Shown: piece by piece, positions 49,077 through 58,529 of the stretch
Position numbering within the stretch: position 1 is the stretch's first letter
Layout of the letters: the number at the start of each line of letters is the position of its first letter
Virus record (IMG/VR): IMGVR_UViG_3300012952_002053
Span: 20,962 to 84,961 of that record
DNA from: a virus
Taxonomy: Duplodnaviria > Caudoviricetes
Direction: 5' to 3' (one strand)
Length of the DNA stretch: 64,000 nucleotides
The notes under the pieces: generated by a model
The model's database searches: none
What the model saw: only the letters and a program-made list of their open reading frames with translations
What the model was told of the DNA's origin: nothing
Position numbers and translations under genes: made by a program

Positions 49077-51503
49077 TTAATTGTCCGTTATGTCTATCTT
49101 AGATAAACTTAATGCTGTAACTTTTGGTGCTTTTGTTAATTCTACTTCAAAAAGTCCACCACTAAAGTTTGCTGTCACACCCATAATTGTATATACACCA
49201 CTTATGAAAAATGCAGTACCTTGTCTACTCATATAACCTGTGTTGTTGTCTTCATCATCAACATCAGGGTCTCTTACTCTGGGAGTTTGCATTGTGAACA
49301 AAAAGTAATTATCGCCTCCGCCATAATTTATATACTTGTCTTGAGTTGGCTCGTTATGTACTTCAGCCGCTTCATTATTCTTTGGGTTCTGATGCTCCCT
49401 ACCCTCTTGGTATGACATAGGCTTACCTAAATACCAAGGGTCACCTCTTACTTTTAAGTTTAAGTCTACTAATATACTTGCATCGTTTACATTGTTATAC
49501 ATATATCCAAACAACGTTGCACTTGCGGTGCCGTCGTTAGTCTGTCCACCCGTTGCAACAACGTGTGTACCGTAATTGTATTTTGACCTGGGAGATGTGT
49601 CTATATCTTTTACTTTTGCTCTAGCCGAACTTTTTAATAATGCTAGTGCCTGTCCGCCTGCAAGTTCACCTATTACTGTAGTTGAACCACCATAGTCCTC
49701 TAATAAATCTGCACTATACAAATAACCACTTGGCTCAGGTTTGTATGGTTGTGCTTTTGGATTTGCTGGCGGTGTATCAACTGGAAAATCTTGTTGTCCT
49801 TGTGCTGTTTGTCTATATCCCAACGGATCTTTACCATTGTTGTTTACATACAATATTGTTTCTGCTAAATTTTGTCTTTTTGCTTCTGAGCTCATTAAGT
49901 CTTTGAATTCATCATCAGACAAAGATAGTTCATCTTTTACTCTTTGTTTGAAATCTTTATTATCTTTTAAAGCACTCATTACACCTGCAGGATCAGATTG
50001 TTTTGCTGACACTTCTGCGTCTCTGTTTTTTCCATCATAGTCAGGTTGACCGTCGGTGTTCATTGTTGGACTGTTAGCATTGGTTGACATGTCTCCCATG
50101 TAACCACCACCTGGTGCGGCTAGTAATAACTGACCTGCATTGTAAGATATGTCTGCACTTAGTATTTGGTCATTAAGTCCTGTATAAAGATAATGATATG
50201 CTTTTTTAATATTCATTTCTTTAATACGTTTTGTTGTTTGTTTTTCACTGAGATTATTTTCTGCTTGTGATATCTCGTGATTAGGATGTGCTGTGTCATA
50301 AATTACAGGTTTGTAAATTATTTTCTTTGCATATTTTCCTCTGCGTCTATCAAATTTAGCGGCTCCGTGTTTGTCCAATTCATATGATATTGATGCTTCA
50401 ATTTTATACCACTTAGTAAAAGTCTGCTCTAAATTTAATCCGTTTTCATCTATCTCAGGATCGTTGAATACTTTCTTTCTTGATGCTTTATTTAAAAAGT
50501 CATCACACATTACTAATACAGTTGTAAAAAATTGATTTAAACTTGTACCTTCTTTCATGTTAATGTTTTGATTATAAAACCAATCACTGCCTGCTTCTAC
50601 ACCACCATCAAAACTTTCTGGTGAATCTTCTAGTCGCTTTCTATATTCTTCTAATGTCTTTACACCTTGCTCTTGAGCATTCAATAATCTATTAACTTCT
50701 TCTGCCGCTTTTGCTCCTGCATGGCTAACTTCTAAATCTGGTAATTGTGTTTTTAATTGAGATAAGTCAAATATAATTTCATCATGGTGTTCTTCACCTT
50801 CTAAATTCTCTTCTCTATAACTGTTTAATTGGTCTTCTAAATCTTCGACCATTTCGTCAACTGCGTTGCCTTGCACTTTTAAATCTTTTGGTAATTTAAA
50901 ATATTCATCTGTAAATGCATGGCTTGTTCCAACTGGACATTCAAAATCATAAGTGCTACCAGTACTGTCTATGCTTACACCCACTTTTGCTAACTGTAGT
51001 CTATAAATGAATGGTCCAGCAATATCATTTAATTTGTCATCAGTACTTTGAACAGGCTTACCATCTATGCTTTCATCATCTTCTTGGTCAATACTTGAAT
51101 TGTATCCTTTAAATTCTATTGCTAAAAACATTGGCACATCTGCAAACATGTATTCATGTCCTAGAGCCAATTTAGCGGCTTGGATTTGGTCTAATAAATC
51201 TGCGGCACTTGGTTGAAATAATGTAAAAGATGCTCTAGTGGCAAACGTGTTACCTGATCCCGGTCCTTTCACAATGTCTAAAGATAAGTTGTCTATTTGT
51301 ACACCAGTAACACCTGTTTGTGCTAACACTACAGTTCTGCCTGGATCAGCGGCATATTGTCCTCTAAGCCATTCCTCTTCGCCTATCATGTACAGTTTAA
51401 GGTTGTAACTGGTATTCTCATAATGATCCAGTATGTTACCCATCACAGCATCTAGATATACATCTTCGACTGCTTCTTTATGTTCGCCTTTTTTAACTGC
51501 CAT
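49077..51503 (-). CDS. Baseplate hub protein (gp27/late-control-D-like)
   Basis: Position between gp5 and the LysM gene; C-terminal LNLKVRGDPWYL and ISGVYTIMGVTANFSGGLFEVEL. Confidence 0.65.
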   Translation of the reverse strand: MAVKKGEHKEAVEDVYLDAVMGNILDHYENTSYNLKLYMIGEEEWLRGQYAADPGRTVVLAQTGVTGVQIDNLSLDIVKGPGSGNTFATRASFTLFQPSAADLLDQIQAAKLALGHEYMFADVPMFLAIEFKGYNSSIDQEDDESIDGKPVQSTDDKLNDIAGPFIYRLQLAKVGVSIDSTGSTYDFECPVGTSHAFTDEYFKLPKDLKVQGNAVDEMVEDLEDQLNSYREENLEGEEHHDEIIFDLSQLKTQLPDLEVSHAGAKAAEEVNRLLNAQEQGVKTLEEYRKRLEDSPESFDGGVEAGSDWFYNQNINMKEGTSLNQFFTTVLVMCDDFLNKASRKKVFNDPEIDENGLNLEQTFTKWYKIEASISYELDKHGAAKFDRRRGKYAKKIIYKPVIYDTAHPNHEISQAENNLSEKQTTKRIKEMNIKKAYHYLYTGLNDQILSADISYNAGQLLLAAPGGGYMGDMSTNANSPTMNTDGQPDYDGKNRDAEVSAKQSDPAGVMSALKDNKDFKQRVKDELSLSDDEFKDLMSSEAKRQNLAETILYVNNNGKDPLGYRQTAQGQQDFPVDTPPANPKAQPYKPEPSGYLYSADLLEDYGGSTTVIGELAGGQALALLKSSARAKVKDIDTSPRSKYNYGTHVVATGGQTNDGTASATLFGYMYNNVNDASILVDLNLKVRGDPWYLGKPMSYQEGREHQNPKNNEAAEVHNEPTQDKYINYGGGDNYFLFTMQTPRVRDPDVDDEDNNTGYMSRQGTAFFISGVYTIMGVTANFSGGLFEVELTKAPKVTALSLSKIDITDN

Positions 51504-51799
51504 TATCTAACTCTATCTATTGCTGTAGTACTAGGCAAAAATATTTCCTTTCCAGATGTAAAATCTTCTAAAGGGTCTATAAGTTTGTCTGGATTTCTTA
51601 AAGCAAACACCCACCATAATTGAACTGTTCCGAATAAATCATTTGCTAAAAGGTCTGGTCGTTTGTCATATCTACTTTCAATAGTATAGAGTTCATCAGA
51701 TGCTGACTGAGGAATCCTTGGCAATGTGTTAAGGTCTAAATAGAATTTAGTCACTTGAGTATTTTTTAAAAAACTGTTATTGCTGTGGAATGTTGCCAT
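51503..51799 (-). CDS. LysM-like baseplate protein (gp53/P2 gpX-like)
   Basis: YTIESRYDKRPDLLANDLFGTVQLWWVFALRN...IFLP. Confidence 0.8.
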   Translation of the reverse strand: MATFHSNNSFLKNTQVTKFYLDLNTLPRIPQSASDELYTIESRYDKRPDLLANDLFGTVQLWWVFALRNPDKLIDPLEDFTSGKEIFLPSTTAIDRVR

Positions 51800-52548
51800 T
51801 AGATAAATCCTTTGTTAAAGTCTTCGCCTCTGGTAAATGCATTCAAGTCAAAACGTTTCCTTAATTTTTTCAATGTGTATTGCGGTGCCATTTCTATCAT
51901 TATGTCTGTTTCCGTAGGCATATAAGTTACTGTCTCTTTTGCTGTAGGGTGATTATATCTAACTGGTACATAATCTACACCATCAGGTAATTGAAAGTTA
52001 AAACTTCTAATAATCACAGGAACTTTATTAAATCCAAAGTGTCCTAAATATTCGAAAATTAACACTGGAGGGGGAGTTCCGTAGAATCCTTGCTCTACTG
52101 CTGAGTCTCCAAAATAACCTTTTGTGATACTTCTTAAAAAATGGAATATTGCCAATAAGTATTGTGCTTCTTCTAGTGTGTTTGCTGTAAATTGTCCTTG
52201 AACTGGAAGGACAGGAGGTTTACTATTAAGGTATGTGTAAAACGGATAGTTGGAACCATGCTGACTATGTTCATCATAATCTACTTGTCCTTGTAAGAAT
52301 ATGTTAGGCGTGTAAGGAAATACAATTCCGCCTCTTTCTTTTAAAGGACTTAATATACTTGGTTTTTCTTCACCTTTAGCATTTTTTGTTCCGTAAGCAA
52401 AATCTTCACCACCTTTCTTGGGGCGAATTCTTGCTCTCCAGTCAAATTTACCAAAATCTTGTCGATTTTTTGGTAAATCTGTAATAGAACTTGCGCCAGT
52501 AGACCCTCTGCCTGCCGGTTCGCCATCTATAATAAAATCATCTGCCAT
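51799..52548 (-). CDS. Tail tube initiator / baseplate-tube junction-like protein
   Basis: GIVFPYTPNI, QFTANT..EA.YLLAIFHFLRSITK and PPPVLIFEYLG...VPVIIRSFNF. Start 52548 has an AGGAG RBS. Confidence 0.65.
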   Translation of the reverse strand: MADDFIIDGEPAGRGSTGASSITDLPKNRQDFGKFDWRARIRPKKGGEDFAYGTKNAKGEEKPSILSPLKERGGIVFPYTPNIFLQGQVDYDEHSQHGSNYPFYTYLNSKPPVLPVQGQFTANTLEEAQYLLAIFHFLRSITKGYFGDSAVEQGFYGTPPPVLIFEYLGHFGFNKVPVIIRSFNFQLPDGVDYVPVRYNHPTAKETVTYMPTETDIMIEMAPQYTLKKLRKRFDLNAFTRGEDFNKGFI

Positions 52549-52565
52549 AATACTTCTCCTGCAAT

Positions 52566-52597
52566 TATTTATCATAATAAATAAAAACGTATTTTAA
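52566..52597 (-). promoter_or_regulatory. Late promoter GATAAATA with upstream 16-bp palindrome
   Basis: GATAAATA at 52573-52566; TTAAAATACGTTTTTA at 52597-52582; 8-nt gap. Confidence 0.7.
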
Positions 52598-52620
52598 TTA
52601 TTAAAACATTTCAAAAACAA

Positions 52621-52648
52621 TTGACTTAAAGTTGTTTTTGTGTATAAT
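52621..52648 (+). promoter_or_regulatory. Sigma70-type promoter for the gp55-gp47-gp46 operon
   Basis: TTGACT (52621-52626), 16-nt spacer, TATAAT (52643-52648); GAGGAG RBS at 52673-52678. Confidence 0.75.
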
Positions 52649-52684
52649 ACAATATAAACGAATCATAGTTTTGAGGAGAAATAA

Positions 52685-53551
52685 ATGACACAAGGCAGAA
52701 AGGTCAACTATCTTAACAACAAAGATATTTTAAAGCAGATTCACATTAGCAAACTGAGTTACTGTTATGTTGCAGATGATGACTACAGCGATCCAGACAT
52801 AATTGTTGAGTCTGTAAAAAAGATTAACAAAACAAATATTAAACAAGCACAAATCAATCGAGCAAGTAAGATGTCTCGTTTGGCATATGATGAAGCCATT
52901 GCTAAAGGCGATTGGACTAAGAAACCTAAACAGAAAGAATTTGCAGTAGACCCAAACTCTATTGCTGTTGATTCTTTGGTGTTTCGTGTATCAACATATG
53001 AACACATTCCAGATGAACCAGGTAGAAAGAAAACAACAAAAACTGTTGCTGACTCAAAAGCAAAAGTAAATTTCCCACCTTTTAAGCATTACATTTTAGA
53101 CAGTAATGGAATTAACCCTAGGGAAGTTGTAAGAAGTCACTGGATTGGTGGTTTACATAACGGTCATTTTAGTACTACACATGGTAGCATTACAAATGAA
53201 TTAGGTAAAATGTTTATGAAGTTGGTAGAACGTTACAGCCAAAGAGGTAACTGGAGAGGTTATACTTATGTTGATGAGATGCGTGGACAAGCATTAGTGC
53301 AATTAGCACAAATAGGACTACAGTTTAATGAAGCAAAAAGTGATAATCCTTTTGCATATTATACTGCAACTGTGAATAACAGTTTTACTAGAGTATTAAA
53401 CTTAGAGAAACGTAACCAAACAATTAGAGATGATATTTTGATTGAACAAGGTCACTTACCAAGTTATGGTAGACAAATACAGCATGAGAATGAACTTAAA
53501 GAAATGAGGGAGATGGCTCAGGCTGAATTAGATAATAATCCTAGCAAGTAG
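52685..53551 (+). CDS. gp55: Late-transcription sigma factor, T4 gp55-like
   Basis: NWRGYTYVDEM...QFNEAKSDNPFAYYTATVNNSFTRVLNLEK matches the gp55 core; sits immediately before gp47/gp46 as in T4. Confidence 0.8.
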   Translation: MTQGRKVNYLNNKDILKQIHISKLSYCYVADDDYSDPDIIVESVKKINKTNIKQAQINRASKMSRLAYDEAIAKGDWTKKPKQKEFAVDPNSIAVDSLVFRVSTYEHIPDEPGRKKTTKTVADSKAKVNFPPFKHYILDSNGINPREVVRSHWIGGLHNGHFSTTHGSITNELGKMFMKLVERYSQRGNWRGYTYVDEMRGQALVQLAQIGLQFNEAKSDNPFAYYTATVNNSFTRVLNLEKRNQTIRDDILIEQGHLPSYGRQIQHENELKEMREMAQAELDNNPSK

Positions 53552-53557
53552 AAACAT

Positions 53558-54577
53558 ATGGCAAACCTTTTTGAAAGGGCCGCATGTTTTACAGATATAC
53601 ATTACGGCTTAAAACAAAACAGTAGACAACATCTAAAAGATTGTCACAATTATGTCGATTGGTTTATTGCAGAAGCCAAGGCACGTGATTGTGAAACTTG
53701 TATCTTTTTAGGTGACTGGCATCACCACAGAGCAAGTATTAATATTGCAACTATGAATGCAACTATTAAGGACTTAAAAAAATTAAACGAATCATTTGAT
53801 ACTGTTTATATGATTTTAGGTAATCACGATTTATACTACAGAGAAAAACGTGACTTAAACAGCATTGAGTTTGCTAGGGACTTACCTAACATTGTTATGA
53901 TAGATGAACACTTCTTAGAAGGCAATGTTTCTATCATACCTTGGCTAGTTGGTGATGAACACAAACAACTAAACAAGATAGATTGCAAATACATGTTTGG
54001 ACATTTTGAGTTACCATACTTTAAAATGAATGCAATGGTAGAAATGCCAGACCATGGTGGAATAAAAGCAGAACATCTTGCAGGACCAGAGTATGTGTTT
54101 AGTGGACATTTTCACAAACGTCAATACAAAGGCAACATACATTATATAGGAAATGCTTTCCCACACAATTACGCAGACGTTGGAGACAACGAACGTGGTG
54201 CTATGTTTTTAACATGGGGAGAAGAACCACAGTATGTAAATTGGCCCGAATGTCCTAAGTATGTTGTAATGGGACTAAGACAATTATTAGAATCACCTGA
54301 AACATATTTAGATGAAAACACTCATGCAAGAATCAAACTTGATGTTAGTATCAGTTATGAAGAAGCAAACTTTTTGAGAGAAACATTTGCAGAAAAATTT
54401 AATGTAAGAGAATTACATTTACTTCCTGTAAAAGAAGACGAAGAAGTTTTTGAAGGCGATGATATAAAATTTGAAAGTGTGGACCAAATTGTAATTACAC
54501 AATTGGAAACAATTGAAAGTAATCTAGTTGAAACGGAACGATTAATTGAAATATATAGGAACATAGAAATTGCTTAA
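53558..54577 (+). CDS. gp47: Recombination endonuclease gp47 (Mre11/SbcD-like)
   Basis: Metallophosphoesterase motifs FTDIHYG, LGDWHH, GNHD, GHFE and SGHFH. Confidence 0.93.
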   Translation: MANLFERAACFTDIHYGLKQNSRQHLKDCHNYVDWFIAEAKARDCETCIFLGDWHHHRASINIATMNATIKDLKKLNESFDTVYMILGNHDLYYREKRDLNSIEFARDLPNIVMIDEHFLEGNVSIIPWLVGDEHKQLNKIDCKYMFGHFELPYFKMNAMVEMPDHGGIKAEHLAGPEYVFSGHFHKRQYKGNIHYIGNAFPHNYADVGDNERGAMFLTWGEEPQYVNWPECPKYVVMGLRQLLESPETYLDENTHARIKLDVSISYEEANFLRETFAEKFNVRELHLLPVKEDEEVFEGDDIKFESVDQIVITQLETIESNLVETERLIEIYRNIEIA

Positions 54578-56342
54578 GATTAAAAATGTAACAGCAAAAA
54601 ACTTTATGAGTGTGGGTAACAACCTACAAGCAGTTTCTTTTGATACTGAACAACTCACACTGGTACTAGGTCATAATTTAGATTTAGGTGGAGATGGCAG
54701 TAGAAATGGTACAGGTAAGACTACTATTATTAATGCACTAAGTTATGCATTATATGGTGAAGCATTAACAAACATTCGTAAAGACAATCTCATAAACAAA
54801 ACAAATGGTAAAGGAATGATTACCACTGTGGACTTTGAAATTAGTGGCAAAGAATACAGAATAGAACGTGGCAGAAGACCTAATGTCTTAAAGTTTTTTA
54901 TTGATGGTGTAGATTCACAAGACAATGAACAACAAGGAGACATGAGAGAAACACAAAAAGACATTGAAAAAATTATTGGTTTTCCTCACACAATGTTTAA
55001 GCATTTGATTGCACTTAACACATACACAGAACCTTTCCTTGCAATGAAGCAAAATGACCAACGTGCAATGATTGAGCAATTATTAGGTATAACAGAAATA
55101 AGTCAAAAGGCAGAAGTTCTAAAAGAGTTACTAAAACAAACACGTGATAGTATTAAAGAAGAAGAGATAAGAATTACAGCAGTAAACAATGCAAACAAAC
55201 GTGTAGAGCAAAACATTACAGAAATTGAAAGTAGAAGCAAAGCATGGAATAAAAACAAAGAAGATAAAGTTGCCGCTTTACAAAGTAGTTTAGATACTTT
55301 AGAACAAACGGATATAAAAGCAGAATTAGACTCGCATAGAAAAATAGTTGATATAAATGAAAAAACAACTAAGTTAGAAACTTTAAAAAATGATTTGCAA
55401 ACTAAAACTACTTCTATGAATAGAAGTGATGCAAAATTACAAGAACTAGAATCTAATTTAGAAAGTGCTAAAGCAGGTGTATGCCCGGCATGTGAACAAC
55501 CTACTGCCCATTTACATACACATGAAAAATATACAAAAGATTTAGAAGAGGATATCAAAGAAGAACAAAGATATAATGTAGGACTTGTAGACAACATTAG
55601 AGATTTGAATGCTGATATTAAAAAGTTAGGACATATTCCTGAAATGCCTACAACATTTTATAAAAATATGGAAGATGCTTTATCGCACAAACACAATGTT
55701 GAAACTATATCTGAACAAATTGAAGAAAAAATTAAAGAAGCAAATCCATATACAGAACAAGCAGAATCACTTAGAGATACAGGTATAGAAGAAATTAGTT
55801 ATGAGTTAATAAACGAATATACAAGTTTAAAAGAACACCAAGAGTTTTTGTATAAATTATTAACAAGCAAAGATAGTTTTATTAGAAAGAAAATTATTGA
55901 CCAAAATTTACAATACTTAAATTACAGATTAAGTCATTACTTAGACAAATTAGGATTACCGCATGATGTTAAATTTAACAGCGACTTAACAGTTGACATC
56001 ACAGAGTATGGTAGAGATTTAGACTTTGATAATTTAAGTAGGGGAGAACGTAATAGATTAATACTAGGTATGAGTTGGGCATTCAGAGACATATATGAAA
56101 GTCTTAATCAACCAATGAATTTGATGTGTATAGATGAACTGGTAGACAGTGGCATGGATACCACTGGTGTTGAAAATGCATTGGCAGTTCTTAAAAAGAT
56201 GGGAAGAGAGTCAAAGAAAAATGTGTTCTTAATATCACACAAAGAAGAATTACAGGGAAGAGTAAACAACGTTTTATATGTAGTAAAAGAAGGAGGTTTC
56301 ACAAGTTATAGTAATGACATAGAAATCCTCGAGGAAACATGA
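54570..56342 (+). CDS. gp46: Recombination ATPase gp46 (Rad50/SbcC-like)
   Basis: Walker A NGTGKTT, coiled coil with CPAC zinc hook, LSRGE signature, Walker B CIDE, ISH. Confidence 0.95.
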   Translation: MLKIKNVTAKNFMSVGNNLQAVSFDTEQLTLVLGHNLDLGGDGSRNGTGKTTIINALSYALYGEALTNIRKDNLINKTNGKGMITTVDFEISGKEYRIERGRRPNVLKFFIDGVDSQDNEQQGDMRETQKDIEKIIGFPHTMFKHLIALNTYTEPFLAMKQNDQRAMIEQLLGITEISQKAEVLKELLKQTRDSIKEEEIRITAVNNANKRVEQNITEIESRSKAWNKNKEDKVAALQSSLDTLEQTDIKAELDSHRKIVDINEKTTKLETLKNDLQTKTTSMNRSDAKLQELESNLESAKAGVCPACEQPTAHLHTHEKYTKDLEEDIKEEQRYNVGLVDNIRDLNADIKKLGHIPEMPTTFYKNMEDALSHKHNVETISEQIEEKIKEANPYTEQAESLRDTGIEEISYELINEYTSLKEHQEFLYKLLTSKDSFIRKKIIDQNLQYLNYRLSHYLDKLGLPHDVKFNSDLTVDITEYGRDLDFDNLSRGERNRLILGMSWAFRDIYESLNQPMNLMCIDELVDSGMDTTGVENALAVLKKMGRESKKNVFLISHKEELQGRVNNVLYVVKEGGFTSYSNDIEILEET

Positions 56343-57130
56343 AACTAGACATACATCTAGGCATCGAAGGTGACTTCACTATCAGTTATAATTTATATGA
56401 CAATGATGTGAGTCGCCTTTTTTTAATGCGTATGTCTGGACAAGAAAACAAAGTTGTTAGCAGAACACAATTTTACAACTTTGGTGAAACACAAACACAA
56501 ATAGAAGAAAAATTATTAGACATCAGTGAACAATTAAAAACATTAGGTTTGATAAACAGCACAAGTCAAGCAGACTTAAACATTTTGCATGAAAACTTTC
56601 CTAGGTTACATGATGAACACACAGGAAAAACACGTGAACTGTTAAGAATGTTTAACTATTATATACACCACTTAGAAGATATTAGTAGAGGATATAATGG
56701 CAAACGATTCTTATTTACATGTGAAGACAACGGAGTAGACTTGCCAGAAGAAGCATATGAAATGTTTACTCCAACTAAAGAATATGGAAAGTTGTATATG
56801 AACTATCCACATGTGGGTAAACATTTTATGGAACTGTTTGGCGACCAAGATGTAAATATACCACAAGAACAAATACAACTTACACATAAAATGTGTAATA
56901 CTGTTTATTGCTGGTTTGGAGAAAACAAATTTACAAACAAATTAGAATTAGATGATTTAATGATAAACATGTTTATGTTTTACAGACAAATTGAACATAA
57001 ACTTCCATACAAATGGAAAGACCCAAAACTTGCAATAGGCTATTTGCCACTAGGCGAACTAGACAAAGATATTGATGTAGATGACATTGCAAACAATAAG
57101 TATGTACACAGTTGGAGTGTATATGCGTAG
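56339..57130 (+). CDS. Hypothetical protein
   Basis: 263-aa ORF coupled to gp46 by an ATGA overlap. Confidence 0.8.
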   Translation: MKLDIHLGIEGDFTISYNLYDNDVSRLFLMRMSGQENKVVSRTQFYNFGETQTQIEEKLLDISEQLKTLGLINSTSQADLNILHENFPRLHDEHTGKTRELLRMFNYYIHHLEDISRGYNGKRFLFTCEDNGVDLPEEAYEMFTPTKEYGKLYMNYPHVGKHFMELFGDQDVNIPQEQIQLTHKMCNTVYCWFGENKFTNKLELDDLMINMFMFYRQIEHKLPYKWKDPKLAIGYLPLGELDKDIDVDDIANNKYVHSWSVYA

Positions 57131-57551
57131 TCCATGGATTTATGAAAAAGCAGTTGTAGATACTTTACCAGAGGATTGTGAAGCCTTTGTGTATCTTATC
57201 ACTAACAAAAAGAACGGTAAAAAATATGTTGGTAAAAAACTTGCTAAGTTCAAAACTACCAAACCACCCTTAAAAGGCAAAAAGAACAAAAGGCGTGGTT
57301 ACAAAGAAAGTGATTGGAAAGAATATTGGGGAAGTTCTGACCACTTAAAAGAAGATGTAGAAAAGTATGGAGAAGAAAACTTCATAAGAGAGATACTGCA
57401 TTATTGCCCCAGCAGAGGCATTTCCAGTTACTTGGAAGCCAAAGAGCAGTTTGACAGGGAAGTGCTGTTAAACGACGAATACTACAACGGAATCATTAAT
57501 GTTCGCATAGGCGGATCAGAAATTCTTAAGGAACATCTCAAAAAGAAATAA
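57123..57551 (+). CDS. GIY-YIG family nuclease-like protein
   Basis: AFVYLITNKKNGKKYVGKK (GIY-YIG-like), YWGSS...L...V.KYG.ENF.REIL, E..EQF...VL....YYN. Start set at ATG 57123. Confidence 0.8.
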   Translation: MRSPWIYEKAVVDTLPEDCEAFVYLITNKKNGKKYVGKKLAKFKTTKPPLKGKKNKRRGYKESDWKEYWGSSDHLKEDVEKYGEENFIREILHYCPSRGISSYLEAKEQFDREVLLNDEYYNGIINVRIGGSEILKEHLKKK

Positions 57552-57554
57552 CTA

Positions 57555-58010
57555 CTTTCTGTAACAGGCAAAAAATCGACACCCAGTCAGACTAACACAG
57601 GCAAACACATAGGCTCCACACCACCCCGCCGAGGCAGATAATATCGGTATCCTTGAGTGGTCCAATAGGGCGACGGATCTGGATTGTGGACGGCAAGATA
57701 CAAAAACGACACAGTATTAAAATGATACAGGCAATGAGAAAAAGCAACCTGTAAGCCAATAGGACTGAACTCTACAAGGTCTTAATGGTTTCCGTGAGAT
57801 TAGTGACGGTAGTGTATGGGGACAGAAGGCTCACCGGTTCCTAGTAGCACCCGAGTTAGAGATGACGATTCTCATCATGATGACTTATTTTTTCACCCGG
57901 CAACGGGTGAATTATGACTCAACTATCATGATAACGGTAAAACTTTCCAACAAAGAACGATATGAATGAAATGAATGAGTTAAGCAGTTGGGAAAGACAC
58001 GAAGTGTCTA
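57555..58010 (+). ncRNA. Candidate large structured non-coding RNA
   Basis: ORF-free region, GC-richer than its flanks, with many nested helices and a perfect 8-bp GCAA-capped hairpin (57892-57911). Strand inferred from the GNRA loop and the upstream operon. Confidence 0.65.
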
Positions 58011-58529
58011 TAAAGTAGAAAGCATTTCAACTGTGTCTTTATAAGATAATCTCAAATTAACAGTATATAAGTAAAAATCTCTATTTAAGTTATGCTTGTT
58101 TGCTCCGTGTGATTTAGTTACATCCAATATCATCAACTCTCCAGGGTTTAACGACTTGTTATGCGAAGCATCTTCATGGATAATTTCTAAGGGTTCATCT
58201 TCTAGGTTAAACATTATATTGGTTTTTCGCGTCAATGGATTTTTCCAACCCATTAAGTGGTCATTGTGTAAATCTACTTTTTTGTCCGCTTTGACAGTTT
58301 CTATGGCAACACTATGTTCTTCTACGTTTAACGGCAAAGGTGTTACTTTTACAATTTGGTTTTGCAACGCAAGAGGCATATCGCGGAGCAAAAAAATGTG
58401 TTGCGCCATATAGTCACCGGTGTCGCCGCTTTGATGAAAAGGATTTTCTGTGCGGAAATTACTAATAGGCTCTATGAGTTCACGCATGGCGCCAACATCA
58501 TAATCCCAATTTAAAATAGTGCTATACAT
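58008..58529 (-). CDS. 2OG-Fe(II) oxygenase/cupin-like protein
   Basis: VDLHND (HxD)...TNIMFNL...LDVTKSHG (distal His). Confidence 0.6.
   Translation of the reverse strand: MYSTILNWDYDVGAMRELIEPISNFRTENPFHQSGDTGDYMAQHIFLLRDMPLALQNQIVKVTPLPLNVEEHSVAIETVKADKKVDLHNDHLMGWKNPLTRKTNIMFNLEDEPLEIIHEDASHNKSLNPGELMILDVTKSHGANKHNLNRDFYLYTVNLRLSYKDTVEMLSTL

Noticed and set aside
57555-58010. tmRNA, RNase P, group I/II intron or hammerhead identity for the structured region
   Set aside because: CTCCACACCA is not the tmRNA CTCCACCA end and there is no T-loop. The GAGGAAAGTCC (RNase P), P7 GACTA/TAGTC, domain-V and CTGANGA-GAAA cores were not found by eye.
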